Origin: a virus
Taxonomy: Duplodnaviria; Caudoviricetes
Direction: 5' to 3' (one strand)
DNA: 34,942 bases
IMG/VR virus record: IMGVR_UViG_3300005611_000102
Coordinates: 1 to 34,942 of that record
Part shown: piece after piece, positions 23,594 through 34,499 of the stretch
How the letters are laid out: each line of letters starts with the position of its first letter
How positions within the stretch are numbered: the first letter of the stretch is position 1
Program-made: the position numbers and the translations under genes
Notes under the pieces: model-generated
What the model was told of the DNA's origin: nothing
The model's input: only the letters and a program-made list of their open reading frames with translations
Databases searched by the model: none

Positions 23594-24093
23594 TGGACCC
23601 AGCAACCGCAGCAGTAGTAGGCAGTTCTGTCCTTAGCTTCAAAGGCAACATGCAGGCCGCAAAGTCTGCACGGCAAGTTGGTGAGTACAACGCTCAAGTT
23701 GCAGAGAATGAGCGTGTGCTTTTGCTTCAGCGTAAGGCAGCAGAGGAAGCGGCTATTCGGCGTAACTCTAAACGTCTTATATCTTCACAACGAACCGCCA
23801 TTAGTAAAGGTGGCGTTCAAATTACAGGAAGCCCATACTTAGCGTTAGCTGACGCATACTTTGCCACAGAAAAAGACGCATTGAAAATACAGTATGCCGC
23901 AGATGTAGAATCAACTGCAAAGATTGCAGAGGCTGCGATGTCTAGGGCATCAGGCCGCACTAGAGCTGCTGGTTATGAGACCGCCGCCTTTGCAAGTATC
24001 CTCGGTGGTTATGGCTCATATTCACAACAGCAAATGCAGAACGACACCTTTGCATTGCAAAAAGAGTATTATCAAAAGGAAATTAAGAGCTAG
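23593..24093 (+). CDS. internal virion protein (gp14-like position)
   Basis: Ala/Gln-rich helical protein; position after the GNAT gene. Confidence 0.7.
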   Translation: MDPATAAVVGSSVLSFKGNMQAAKSARQVGEYNAQVAENERVLLLQRKAAEEAAIRRNSKRLISSQRTAISKGGVQITGSPYLALADAYFATEKDALKIQYAADVESTAKIAEAAMSRASGRTRAAGYETAAFASILGGYGSYSQQQMQNDTFALQKEYYQKEIKS

Positions 24094-24095
24094 CC

Positions 24096-26717
24096 ATGCC
24101 AAAAATACCGCTTTATGGAGAAGGTGCCGGCACCGTTGTTCAAACGCCTACAGCTAGACTAGGGCCAAGGGCTACTGATGTTTTTGCTGCTTCAGGTCAA
24201 GCACTGGCTCGTGCTGGCGCGGAGGTTGGCAGGGTAGGGTCACAATATGCGGCTCAAAAGCAACGGTTTGATGCAACAAAAGCAAAGCTAGAATTTGACT
24301 TTGCTATGGCCCAAAAGAAAGAGCAGACAGATAACTTTGTCAGCGATTACACAACTCGCGCATATGAGCAAGCAGATAACTTCATTATACAAGACACGCA
24401 GATTGACACCGAAAAGTCTGCGGCTGGACTTATAAGTAGTGTTCAAGAGCCTATTCTTAATGAGATTAATGGGCTTGATTTAACTGATAGTCAAAAGAAA
24501 ACAATATCAAGCGCTGTAAAACGTCAGTTGTTGCCTAAAGTTGGGCAGGCAAAGCAACAGGCCTTCAATAGAGGGCTTGTTGACGGGGCGATAAAGACTA
24601 ATTCAAAACTTGAATCAACGCTTGGCGACATTGCATCAGAGGCAGACCCAGAAATACGGGCAATGAAACATGCCGAGGCGAACCAGTTAATTAGAGACAA
24701 AACACTAGCTGGTCAGCGCTTAAACTACAGTATCAAAACATTTGGCACAGAAGTTACTAAGCGCATTTTTGACACAGACATCGCGTCTGCAACGTCTTTC
24801 CCAGATATAAATCGCTTAAAGAATGAGCTAGAAAAATCTGAACTTAGCGCCTCCACAAAATCAGGAATACGCAGAGCTATAAGCACTAAAGAATCTGAGC
24901 TTACTCAAAAGGTACATGATGACGCCTTAAATCAGCTTATTTTTGCCGACCTATCGGACTCTGAGCAAGTTGAGGCTTTGGCTCAAATGAGGGACGAGAA
25001 GAAGCTTGGCGTCATTGTTATTGAGCGCGATGATGATGAGGACGTAATTATTGATTTGGCTGGGGCATCAGGTGCGTTCAGAACAAGACTTGCCTCAATG
25101 TTTGAGGCAGAAGCAGATGCCTTAAAGAAGTCGGGGGAAAAGGAGCTGGTTGAAACACTCGCAAGAGACGCCGCCGATATGGACAGGTCTCAGTTGCAGC
25201 AGCTTATTCGAGATGCAGACCGGCTAGAGGGGCAAGCAGATGGTTTGGGCCTTGTTGCTGCGCAAAGTTTAAAAAGGATTGCCAATGGATTCCTAGACCG
25301 TTTTGACCGCGCTCTTACCAGTCAAATAGAAAACGATACTGAAGTTTTGACAGTTTCGCTTGAAGCCAATAATGGCATGATGACACCCGAAAATAAATTG
25401 TTGCGGAACAGCATCGTTGAGAACATTTCAAAACTAAACCCAAGCGACCCTGTTCCAGGGGAAAGATTCCTAGATAAAACCCGCGCCATCGCCGATGCTG
25501 GTGTTGCGTTTTCTGGTGTGCAGTTTTCGGGGCCAAGCGACATTATCTCTATTCGCAATGAAATGCAGGAGAGTGTCCGCACCGCAAGTCCAGAAGATAC
25601 ATTGTACCATAAGCAAGTACTAGACAGCTTTAACACTATGGTTCAAAACCGTGATAATCTCATCAAAAAGGATGCTGTCAAATACTTGCAAGATGATGCA
25701 ACAAGGAGGGATTTGCCAGCTTTAACAACCGAGCAACTTATTAGAAAGCAACGTGATATGGGCGTTGCGGAGGTAGACATACGCATTGCATCAAATGCAG
25801 AGATAGCGGCTTTTCAAGCTCAGTATTCTGACCCATCGCTTTCTTATCAAGATAAGTCTGAGATAGGAAATGCGTTCATCACAAAGTTTGGTGCAGAAAA
25901 TGAAGGCCGTATTTTGCGCAATCTTGTCAAACAAGATGTTCTCAGTCTTGTTGATAATATAATCATTGCCAACCCGAACAATGCTCAGATGTTTGCGGTT
26001 GATGCTGGTAATACACAGCAGTCAATAAAAGACGCTAAAGCAACCCTTGGCACCAAAACGATGAACGAAATCACTGAAGCTGTGAGGCTGTCTAACGACA
26101 GATATGCGCAGAGTGTGATTGGCGGCGTGGTTGGGGATATACTCGGCAGGGGCGCGACTTCTGCGAGAATGTCGCATGTCAACGCCTATAACGAGGTTAT
26201 TAAGAATACGGCTGCATATTATATGATGGCTGGCGAGGCCGATGTACAAAGGGCCGTTGATAAGGCGATAGATACTGTTGTTAATAGTCAATTCGCCTTT
26301 GCTGAAGGCAACTTAAATAGGCCGCTACGCTTGCCTAAAGGCCTTGAGAACGATGCTGGTCCAATATCAGACATTCTTAGCTTCTATGTCAGTAATGATA
26401 AGAACAAGGATTATCTTTTATCAATCATAGACCCGCCAATCGCCGCTGGCCTTACGGTTGAGGAGTCCAAAGCTCAACTAAAGAAAAAGCTATCTGATGC
26501 CTATTGGGTGACTACCACCGATAACAAGGGCGCATACCTCGTGTTTGATAACGGGGAAATGGTGAGGCGCAAACAGGCCGCCGTTCCTGGCCCTATAGGA
26601 CCACGCAATGCTTTTGTTATGATTCGGTTCAATGAGCTGGCTCCACAGATAAGAGATTTGGAGCAGGAGCGCTCCCCAGCCGGACGTGCAAAAATTAAAC
26701 AGCGGCAGATATTCTAA
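24096..26717 (+). CDS. internal virion / ejection protein
   Basis: 873 aa helical, MPKIP.Y N-terminus, position. Confidence 0.7.
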   Translation: MPKIPLYGEGAGTVVQTPTARLGPRATDVFAASGQALARAGAEVGRVGSQYAAQKQRFDATKAKLEFDFAMAQKKEQTDNFVSDYTTRAYEQADNFIIQDTQIDTEKSAAGLISSVQEPILNEINGLDLTDSQKKTISSAVKRQLLPKVGQAKQQAFNRGLVDGAIKTNSKLESTLGDIASEADPEIRAMKHAEANQLIRDKTLAGQRLNYSIKTFGTEVTKRIFDTDIASATSFPDINRLKNELEKSELSASTKSGIRRAISTKESELTQKVHDDALNQLIFADLSDSEQVEALAQMRDEKKLGVIVIERDDDEDVIIDLAGASGAFRTRLASMFEAEADALKKSGEKELVETLARDAADMDRSQLQQLIRDADRLEGQADGLGLVAAQSLKRIANGFLDRFDRALTSQIENDTEVLTVSLEANNGMMTPENKLLRNSIVENISKLNPSDPVPGERFLDKTRAIADAGVAFSGVQFSGPSDIISIRNEMQESVRTASPEDTLYHKQVLDSFNTMVQNRDNLIKKDAVKYLQDDATRRDLPALTTEQLIRKQRDMGVAEVDIRIASNAEIAAFQAQYSDPSLSYQDKSEIGNAFITKFGAENEGRILRNLVKQDVLSLVDNIIIANPNNAQMFAVDAGNTQQSIKDAKATLGTKTMNEITEAVRLSNDRYAQSVIGGVVGDILGRGATSARMSHVNAYNEVIKNTAAYYMMAGEADVQRAVDKAIDTVVNSQFAFAEGNLNRPLRLPKGLENDAGPISDILSFYVSNDKNKDYLLSIIDPPIAAGLTVEESKAQLKKKLSDAYWVTTTDNKGAYLVFDNGEMVRRKQAAVPGPIGPRNAFVMIRFNELAPQIRDLEQERSPAGRAKIKQRQIF

Positions 26718-28519
26718 TGGTTGATGTCTACATCCCAGAGCAAAAAGCAGATAAGAACTCTTATGACAATTATCTGAACACGACCACGTTTGGAACACTG
26801 GACGTTCTGGGCGCGACTCTTGACGAAACCTTTTACTACAATCCACTAAGTGCGACTAACAGGTTCTTTGAGCAGAACTTGGGAGAGGGGCGCACAGGTA
26901 GGAAGTTATCGCCTGATGAATGGAAGGAGAGCAAGTATTTCCGCGAAGGCATAGATGTCGGGGAAGAGGGAATCACTGAGGGTCTCGCCAACTTGCTGGC
27001 CGAAAGAAAGGACCGTAGAGACTCTATCAAATTTACCTTAAACCGCTCTCAGGGTGGCTTTGGTCTTGGGGCTTTGCAGTTTGGAACAGCTTTGGCTGGT
27101 TCATTCTTAGACCCATTAAACGTAGCTTCCGCTTTTATACCTGTTGTTGGGCAGGCAAGAATGGCAACGATGATGGCTAGGTTCGGAAAGACTGGCGGTA
27201 GGTTTGTTGCTGGCGCAATAGATGGCGCAGTGGGCGCAACACTATTGGAACCACTGGTAGTCGGGCAAGCGTATTTAGAGCAAGATACAGACTATGGTTT
27301 AATGGATAGCTTCCTGAATGTGACTATTGGTGGCGTTTTAGGTGGCGGTCTTCACGTTGGTTTCGGGAAAATATCTGACCGTATTGAGGCTTCAAAGGCT
27401 AAAGATGAGGCATTGATAAGGGCCGTGGCCCAAGCCGTTAGTGATGAAGAAATAAGTGTCGCTAATTTACATAGGCAGGATGCTAAGGTCACGGAGGCTG
27501 AAAGCATACAAAGGTCTAATGAAAAATTAGCAGAACAATCTGACGTTGTTAGTGTTGAGCGTAGAATTGACCCAGAAACAGGCGAAATTATTGAAGAAAA
27601 AGTCACAAGAAAGCCTGATTATGTTCCTGTTTATAAAAGAAAAGGCAAAAGAATACCTCCAAGCCTAAAGGCAAAAAAGCCAAAGTCACTTGTCGAATAC
27701 ATTAAGTCAAAAGGTGGCATTGACCCTGAAAGCCAAGGCGCTGCTGACTTGCAAGAAATCATCCCGCGCAGAGGCAATGATAAAACATCAAAAAGATTAC
27801 GGGCTTTCTTTTATGTTAGCGCCGCCAGAGGTGGCAAAAGTGTTGACGACATGCTCACAGCGGCTCGTGAAGATGGCTACTTGCCAGCAGAAATAGAGGG
27901 TATGCCGGACGAAATAGGTATTAATGACCTGATAGACGCAGTTAGGGAAGATGTTGGGGGCAACACACAATACTCTGCTGCTGATGCGGATGCTGTAGAT
28001 GCTTATGAGATGGCTCAGAGCAAACTAGCAGAAGCAGAACGCCGTGGCATAGATTACACGGGCATGGATGATGAAACCCTTGACAGGGCGCTGGCTGATG
28101 CTGCGCAGGATGAAGATTATTATGATTACAACACGGCCACTTTGTTCGGAGATGTCGAAGGCAAAAATTTAGAGCCAGTCATTGATGGTGCGCCTCTAAC
28201 AGAACAAGAAATGTATGACCTTCAAACAGAAGCTCAACTGCAAGATTATAACTTGGGCATTATGCGTGATGAAAAGCCGGTTTTGGACGAGATGGATGAG
28301 GCTGGCTTGTCCGTTGAGGAGCTTGAGTTAAATGCGTTGGCGTCAGAAAACGAGCTTCTTGAAGAAGACTTGGCTGTATTTGTTAATGAAGAGCTGATTC
28401 CGCAAGACATGCTTGATGACGTTGCGGCGGCAGACGAAGCTGTTCGCAGAGCAGAAACATCATATGACGAGCTGACCCGCACAGGCGCGGTCTGCATGAA
28501 CAGGAACGCACCAAGATGA
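26717..28519 (+). CDS. internal virion / ejection protein
   Basis: 600 aa; Gly-rich hydrophobic hairpins (DPLN, GGVLGGGLH), very acidic C-terminal half. Confidence 0.7.
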   Translation: MVDVYIPEQKADKNSYDNYLNTTTFGTLDVLGATLDETFYYNPLSATNRFFEQNLGEGRTGRKLSPDEWKESKYFREGIDVGEEGITEGLANLLAERKDRRDSIKFTLNRSQGGFGLGALQFGTALAGSFLDPLNVASAFIPVVGQARMATMMARFGKTGGRFVAGAIDGAVGATLLEPLVVGQAYLEQDTDYGLMDSFLNVTIGGVLGGGLHVGFGKISDRIEASKAKDEALIRAVAQAVSDEEISVANLHRQDAKVTEAESIQRSNEKLAEQSDVVSVERRIDPETGEIIEEKVTRKPDYVPVYKRKGKRIPPSLKAKKPKSLVEYIKSKGGIDPESQGAADLQEIIPRRGNDKTSKRLRAFFYVSAARGGKSVDDMLTAAREDGYLPAEIEGMPDEIGINDLIDAVREDVGGNTQYSAADADAVDAYEMAQSKLAEAERRGIDYTGMDDETLDRALADAAQDEDYYDYNTATLFGDVEGKNLEPVIDGAPLTEQEMYDLQTEAQLQDYNLGIMRDEKPVLDEMDEAGLSVEELELNALASENELLEEDLAVFVNEELIPQDMLDDVAAADEAVRRAETSYDELTRTGAVCMNRNAPR

Positions 28520-31014
28520 CAGTAGAAGTTTGCGCACAAGAGCTACTTGATGTTGCCGCTAAAAACGGCACAGCAATAAGCAAAGAGGAAATAGACGGCA
28601 TCCTATCATTTGTGCAGGGGAAGATTGATTCGCGTGGTCGTGTTGTTGGCGAGGCTGACCTTAACAAGCTGATTGACGAAGCCAGAGAGTTTTCGACACA
28701 AGCAAAAATAAATGCGTCGATTGAAAAACGTAACCGCCTAATTAACGCTCGTGCTTACGGCAACATTATGAGCGCACTAAAAGCGGAGCCTGATAACCCA
28801 GGTAAAGCGTTATCTGCCATACTTGTCGGTGATGCGCGGCGTGGATTGTTTAGCATAGATGCCAAGCAGAAAAGTATATTTTTAGACCACAGTGCAGCTT
28901 TAGCGGCAGAGTTAAAGCGAAATGATTTGCTGGCCATATTCCGTACAAACGAGCTTGACGGTGAAATTTATCAGGAGCTGTTTGATGGCTTTGGCACAAG
29001 CGGCAGCAAAGAGGCGCGGCAAATAGCCGAAGCAATTAGCAAGGTTCAAAAGAGGCTTCTGGACAGGAAGAATAGAAATGGAGCCAATATTGGCGAACTG
29101 AGCAATTACGTTGTCCGGCAGAACCACGACCCACTGCTTTTGCGTGGCAAGGGAACGCAAGAAGACAAAGACAACTGGATTAACACCGTTCGTGAATTGC
29201 TGGATGCAGAAAAGACTTTTGCAAATAAGCCAAGTGATAAGACAGAGATAGAGTTCTTGTCAGACATCTATGACAACTTGGTTTCCGGCAACCACATGAA
29301 AGCCGATAGTCTTAATGGGGCTGATGGCAGTACTGTTGCCTTCACAGGTCCGGTCAACTTGGCAAAGAAAATGAGCGCCCAGCGTATTCTACATTTCAAG
29401 GATGGTAAATCTGCGTTTGCCTACGCCAACAAGTATAGCCGGATGAAACTATCTGAGGCTGTTTATCAGGGCATATCCCACGATGCTCAGAACATTGGCT
29501 TGCTGGAAACCTTCGGCACAAACCCAAAGGCTATGTTTGACCGGATTATAAAAGAAATAAAGCCAAAGGGCGTGGCAAAGCCATTAAAGGAAGGAACGCT
29601 GCGCAACCAGTTTGCAGAACTTGATGGCACTACAAGGGCGCTTGGAGCCACACAACCCATATTAAACACAAGCGTTACATTTGCTGGTATAGCCGGTGGA
29701 TTTAGAATGATTCAATCAATGGCTAAGTTGGGCTTCGCCACAATATCATCATTTTCTGACATAGCTACAAAAGCATCATTCATCAACGCCAATACGGAAC
29801 GTAATATATTTGGCTCTTATGCCGCAGCGTTGGCCGATACATTCCGTCTTTTCAACAGTAAGGAGCAGAAAGAGCTTGCGTACTTATTGAATGTTGGCGT
29901 TGAAAACGAACTGGCAGACGTACACGCTAGGTTTAGCGCAAATGACAGTGGCCCAGGCATGATTTCAAAGTTGCATCAAGTTTATTTCAAGCTGAATGGT
30001 ATGCAGTGGTGGAACAGCACACAGAAAGTTGGTGTTGCTCGTATGCTTGCGGCAGATTTAGCAAACTATTCCAATCGCAGTTTTGACAGTGTGCCTATGG
30101 AAACACGCAGGCTGTTAGAGCTGTATGACATTCGTGAGGCAGAGTGGAGTTTGTTTCGGGGGCTAGATATGACCGCTGCCGATGGAAGGAAGTACTTGGC
30201 CCCAGAGGTTGTTGACGGCATTGATGACGCTAAAATTGACGTAATAATATCAGAGCGCACGGGCCGCCTCGATATTACCGATGGTATGCGCCAACAGTTT
30301 AAGGATGATTTGCGCACAAAAATATCTGCCTACTATGCCGACAGCGCAGATGCTGCAATACCTACACCTGGCGCTCGTGAGCGTGCAATTATGAACCAAG
30401 GTTTACCTCGTGGCACCGTGGCTGGCGAGGCCATTAGAATGATAATGCAGCTCAAAGGATTCCCAATCACTTATGTAACCAAAGGCTTATCCAGACAAAA
30501 AGTTATGGGCGGGTATAGCGGTGTTGCAAAAATGATGGTTGGGACCACAATGATGGGCTACTTATCGACTGTGACAAAAGACATACTCAAAGGCAAAGAG
30601 CCTATGAGCGTGTTCAACGATGACTACACGCTAGACACAAAGACTTTGTTTAGGGCTTTCACACAAGGCGGCGGCGCTGGTATTTATGGTGACTTTATAT
30701 TTGGAGAGTTCAATAGGTATGGGCAATCGCCGCTTGAGACTTTTGCTGGCCCTACGCTTGGCGCAGCAGGAGACCTACTAAAGCTGTATGCCAAGTTTAG
30801 AGATGGTGACGATGCGGCGGCAGAGACATTGCGTTTAGCTATGCGAAACACGCCATTTATGAACCTGTTTTACAGCAAACTAGCCTTGGATTATTTGTTT
30901 GTTTATGAGCTTACAGAGTTTGCAAATCCAGGGTATTTCGAGAGAATGGAACGGCGCATGAAAAAAGACACCGGACAAGAGTTCTACTTCTCACCAAGTC
31001 AATATGTACGATAG
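28516..31014 (+). CDS. internal virion / ejection protein
   Basis: 832 aa; GT..GE..R...Q.K.FP and GG..GIYGDF motifs typical of large podovirus core proteins. Confidence 0.72.
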   Translation: MTVEVCAQELLDVAAKNGTAISKEEIDGILSFVQGKIDSRGRVVGEADLNKLIDEAREFSTQAKINASIEKRNRLINARAYGNIMSALKAEPDNPGKALSAILVGDARRGLFSIDAKQKSIFLDHSAALAAELKRNDLLAIFRTNELDGEIYQELFDGFGTSGSKEARQIAEAISKVQKRLLDRKNRNGANIGELSNYVVRQNHDPLLLRGKGTQEDKDNWINTVRELLDAEKTFANKPSDKTEIEFLSDIYDNLVSGNHMKADSLNGADGSTVAFTGPVNLAKKMSAQRILHFKDGKSAFAYANKYSRMKLSEAVYQGISHDAQNIGLLETFGTNPKAMFDRIIKEIKPKGVAKPLKEGTLRNQFAELDGTTRALGATQPILNTSVTFAGIAGGFRMIQSMAKLGFATISSFSDIATKASFINANTERNIFGSYAAALADTFRLFNSKEQKELAYLLNVGVENELADVHARFSANDSGPGMISKLHQVYFKLNGMQWWNSTQKVGVARMLAADLANYSNRSFDSVPMETRRLLELYDIREAEWSLFRGLDMTAADGRKYLAPEVVDGIDDAKIDVIISERTGRLDITDGMRQQFKDDLRTKISAYYADSADAAIPTPGARERAIMNQGLPRGTVAGEAIRMIMQLKGFPITYVTKGLSRQKVMGGYSGVAKMMVGTTMMGYLSTVTKDILKGKEPMSVFNDDYTLDTKTLFRAFTQGGGAGIYGDFIFGEFNRYGQSPLETFAGPTLGAAGDLLKLYAKFRDGDDAAAETLRLAMRNTPFMNLFYSKLALDYLFVYELTEFANPGYFERMERRMKKDTGQEFYFSPSQYVR

Positions 31015-31051
31015 CCCACAAATAAGGTATAAAGGCTCTAAGGAGTAAGAC

Positions 31052-33214
31052 ATGACAGTAAGCAGCACCACCACGCGGAACAGCTACACAGGCGATGGCA
31101 CCACCACCGTCTTTGCGTACACATTCAAGATTTTCGATGATGATGACATCACGGTTATCCTCCGTACTGATGCTACTGGCGGTGAGACTGTCCAGACCAA
31201 GACAACAGATTACACTGTTTCTGGCGTAGGCAATACTGCTGGTGGCAACATCACCTTTGGAACTGCCCCCGCATCTGGCATTACTGTTGTTCTCATCCGC
31301 GAAACAGCACAGACACAGACTACTGACTACACTCCTAACGACCCATTCCCTGCTGCCAGTCACGAAGATGCGCTAGATAAGCTGACATTAATCGTACAAG
31401 ACCAGCAGGAAGCGCTTGACCGTTCTATTAAGATTTCCAAGACTAACACAATCACATCCCCAGAATTTACTGTCGGTGCGTCTACTCGTGCCAATAAAAT
31501 CTTTGCTTTTGATAGCAATGGTGACTTAGCTGTTACTCAGGAAATCGGCACATACCAAGGCACAGATGCCACAACAACTACATCTGCATATGCTGAGCGT
31601 GACATTGTTAAGTCCACCACGGCAGGGCAGTTAAACAACGTCTATATTTGTATTCAGACTTCTCCCGCTGGCACATTACTAACAAACACATCTTATTGGC
31701 AGTTACTAGTAGATGCGGTGACTGCGGCCACGTCTGCTACAAACGCTGCGGCATCAGCAACAGCGGCAGCGGCAAGCGAAACAGCAGCAGCAGCAAGTGA
31801 AAGTGCAGCGGCTACATCAGAGACTAACGCCGCTACGAGCGCAAGTAATGCTTCAACAAGTGCAACAAACGCTGCAACAAGCGCAACAGCATCTGCAGCA
31901 TCAGCTAGTGCTGCATCCACATCGGAAACAAATGCCGCTACATCAGCAACAAACGCATCCACCTCAGCCACGGCTGCGGCTTCTAGCGCAACAGCAGCGG
32001 CTGCTAGCGAAACTGCTGCGGCTGCATCTGAATCTGCTGCGGCAACAAGCGAGACTAACGCTGCGACAAGCGCCACTAATGCTGCGACTAGTGAAACCAA
32101 TGCGGCGACTAGCGAGACAAACGCCGCAACATCTGCGACAAATGCGGCGACATCTGCTACCAACGCCGCCACTGCACAAACTGCGGCTGAAGCGGCTAGG
32201 GATGCTATTCAGCAGTTCTATTTAGGCGCACAGTCATCCAATCCAACCGTTGATGGTAATGGCGACCCAGTAACTGCTGGTGACTGGTATTTTAATACGA
32301 GCGACAATACCACTAGAATTTATGATGGCTCTACTTGGAATACTATTTCGCCTGACTTAGTGGGTGATGCCACGCCCCAACTAGGCGGCAACCTCGATAC
32401 CAACGGCAACGACATCAATTTCGGCGACAACGACAAGGCCGTGTTTGGTGCTGGGTCTGACTTGCAGATTTATCACAGTGGTTCTGCTTCTTTCATTGAT
32501 GATGTTGGTACAGGCAACTTAAATCTGAGAGCAGATACGGCTATCGCATTTCAAAATTCAACAGGCACAGAAGAATTTGCAAGATTTATTTCAAATGGTG
32601 CTGTTCAATTAAATTATGATGACTCAATCAAACTCGCCACCACCGCCACTGGCATTGACGTAACTGGCACAATTACTCAGGGTGGTTCTGCTGTTAAAAC
32701 TGTCGGTAAAGAAACTATATGGGTTCCAGCAACAGCTATGTACCCAGAGACAACATCTGGTTGTGCTGACTTAGACCAAGTTGAACTTGGCAATGGTCCA
32801 GAATTAAAGTGTCTTGACTTTGACCCTTCATCAGATGAACAAGCGCAATTTAGTGTGGCATTTCCTAAGTCGTGGAACGAAGGAACAATTACATATCAGG
32901 TGTTTTTCACAGTAACAGGAACAGACACTGGAACAGTTGTGTGGACACTATCTGGTCTTTGCACTGGCGATAACGACAGCATCAACACAGTCTTTGGTAC
33001 GGCAGTTGCCACATCTGCAAAGGCACACTCTGGTACATCTAACGATTTGAACATTACCGCAGAAAGTTCTGCTGTCACAATTTCTGGTGCGGCATCAGAA
33101 GAAATGACCATATTCCGAATTGGACGCGATGTTTCAGAGGACACGCAAACAGGTGATGCTCGTTTGCTGGGTGTAAAAATATTCTTCACAACAGATGCGG
33201 CAACAGACGCATAG
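31052..33214 (+). CDS. tail fibre protein
   Basis: T7 gp17-like N-terminus (YTGDG.TT.F.YTF...HEDALDKLT), Ala/Ser/Thr heptad stalk, PQLGGNLD motif. Confidence 0.88.
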   Translation: MTVSSTTTRNSYTGDGTTTVFAYTFKIFDDDDITVILRTDATGGETVQTKTTDYTVSGVGNTAGGNITFGTAPASGITVVLIRETAQTQTTDYTPNDPFPAASHEDALDKLTLIVQDQQEALDRSIKISKTNTITSPEFTVGASTRANKIFAFDSNGDLAVTQEIGTYQGTDATTTTSAYAERDIVKSTTAGQLNNVYICIQTSPAGTLLTNTSYWQLLVDAVTAATSATNAAASATAAAASETAAAASESAAATSETNAATSASNASTSATNAATSATASAASASAASTSETNAATSATNASTSATAAASSATAAAASETAAAASESAAATSETNAATSATNAATSETNAATSETNAATSATNAATSATNAATAQTAAEAARDAIQQFYLGAQSSNPTVDGNGDPVTAGDWYFNTSDNTTRIYDGSTWNTISPDLVGDATPQLGGNLDTNGNDINFGDNDKAVFGAGSDLQIYHSGSASFIDDVGTGNLNLRADTAIAFQNSTGTEEFARFISNGAVQLNYDDSIKLATTATGIDVTGTITQGGSAVKTVGKETIWVPATAMYPETTSGCADLDQVELGNGPELKCLDFDPSSDEQAQFSVAFPKSWNEGTITYQVFFTVTGTDTGTVVWTLSGLCTGDNDSINTVFGTAVATSAKAHSGTSNDLNITAESSAVTISGAASEEMTIFRIGRDVSEDTQTGDARLLGVKIFFTTDAATDA
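31720..32195 (+). repeat. 7-aa (21-bp) degenerate tandem repeats AATS(A/E)TN in the tail fibre stalk
   Basis: Translated sequence shows more than 20 heptads; DNA copies are synonymously diverged. Confidence 0.9.
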
Positions 33215-33228
33215 GAGAGATTTAGCAT

Positions 33229-34089
33229 ATGACTATGTTTGGGTATAACGTGTTGGGGTTTGGCGGCCATACTGCTGGCGGTACTGCGTATCCATTCAAT
33301 GCAGATTTTCTTGTAGTCGGCGGCGGGGGCGGCGGAGGTGTTGCTAACGGCGGCGGCGGCGGCGCTGGTGGATTTAGACAAAGCACAGGCATAACATTTT
33401 CTGCAAAACAAACCATAACAATAACTGTGGGTGCAGGTGGCTCATACTCTAATGGTAATGGCGTAGCATCTTCCTACTCTTCTCCTGCTATTGGCACCTT
33501 TACATCTGCTGGTGGCGGTGGTGGTGGCAATGGCAACACCTCCAATGCTGGCTCTGGTGGGTCCGGAGGCGGCGGGGGCAATGGTGGTAGTGGCTCCGCA
33601 GGAAACACACCATCTGTTTCTCCATCTCAAGGAAACAGTGGGGGCAGTTCGACAAGCCCCGGCGGACCATATTACGGCGCATCCGGTGGCGGTGGGGCTG
33701 GTTCCGCTGGTTCTGGTAACGGAAGTAATAGCAATACTGGCGGTGCTGGTGGCAACGGTAGTTCTAGTTCTATTGGCGGTAATGCCGTGACCTATGCTGG
33801 CGGTGGCGGTGGTTCATCTCATAATCCTTCAGCGTCATCTGGTGGCTCTGGCGGTGGCGGCAACGGTGGATTCGGCGCCACTTATTCTGGTGGACAAAAC
33901 GGCACAGCCAATCTTGGCGGTGGTGGCGGTGGCAATGGCGGTTCTGGTGGGGCTGGTGTTGTTATTATAAAAATACCAAATGCCGCTTATGCCACTAACG
34001 GCGGCATAACTGGCTCGCCAACCATTACAAGCGATGCGTCTTACACCTACCTAAAATTTACAGGTAGCGGAACATATAACACAGGTTGA
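33229..34089 (+). CDS. glycine-rich tail-associated protein
   Basis: LVVGGGGGGG, GGGGAGG, YAGGGGG, GG.GVVII repeats; AGGAG RBS. Confidence 0.85.
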   Translation: MTMFGYNVLGFGGHTAGGTAYPFNADFLVVGGGGGGGVANGGGGGAGGFRQSTGITFSAKQTITITVGAGGSYSNGNGVASSYSSPAIGTFTSAGGGGGGNGNTSNAGSGGSGGGGGNGGSGSAGNTPSVSPSQGNSGGSSTSPGGPYYGASGGGGAGSAGSGNGSNSNTGGAGGNGSSSSIGGNAVTYAGGGGGSSHNPSASSGGSGGGGNGGFGATYSGGQNGTANLGGGGGGNGGSGGAGVVIIKIPNAAYATNGGITGSPTITSDASYTYLKFTGSGTYNTG

Positions 34090-34090
34090 T

Positions 34091-34492
34091 ATGGCACATT
34101 TTGCAAGATTAAATGACGACAATGAAGTCTTGTATGTAGTTGTCGTAAGCAACGACATTCTGCGCCACGAAAACGGCGAAGAGCAAGAGAGTATGGGTGT
34201 GCAGTTTTTGCGCGATTTGTACAAAGAGCAAGCATCTGTTTGGAAGCAAACCTCATATAACACTAGAGAAAACACGCATATCAAAGGTGGCGTTCCTTTT
34301 AGAAAAAACTTTGCTGGTGAAGGTTTTGTGTATAGCGAAGAGCTTGATGCGTTTATTCCACCAAAGGTGTTTGGGTCTTGGGTATTGAATACGGACAAAT
34401 ATATATGGGAACCGCCTGTTCCTAGACCTACAGAACACCCGCCATCAGCTTATGTTTGGAATGAGTCAGCAATAAGATGGGATTTAACTTGA
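34091..34492 (+). CDS. conserved hypothetical protein partnering the glycine-rich protein
   Basis: MAHFA, WKQTSYN, FRKNFAG.G..Y....DAFIPP, W..P.P.P. Confidence 0.8.
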   Translation: MAHFARLNDDNEVLYVVVVSNDILRHENGEEQESMGVQFLRDLYKEQASVWKQTSYNTRENTHIKGGVPFRKNFAGEGFVYSEELDAFIPPKVFGSWVLNTDKYIWEPPVPRPTEHPPSAYVWNESAIRWDLT

Positions 34493-34499
34493 GCGGCAC

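Noticed and set aside
31693-32225. Alternative-frame and antisense ORFs over the tail-fibre repeat
   Set aside because: Shadow ORFs produced by stop-poor Ala/Ser/Thr codon repeats
1484-32834. Other CTGATGA/TCATCAG occurrences as ribozymes
   Set aside because: Those I noticed lie inside CDSs, and I did not see the accompanying GAAA and stems
31052-34492. Diversity-generating retroelement or invertible tail locus
   Set aside because: No reverse transcriptase, invertase or template/variable repeat pair was seen
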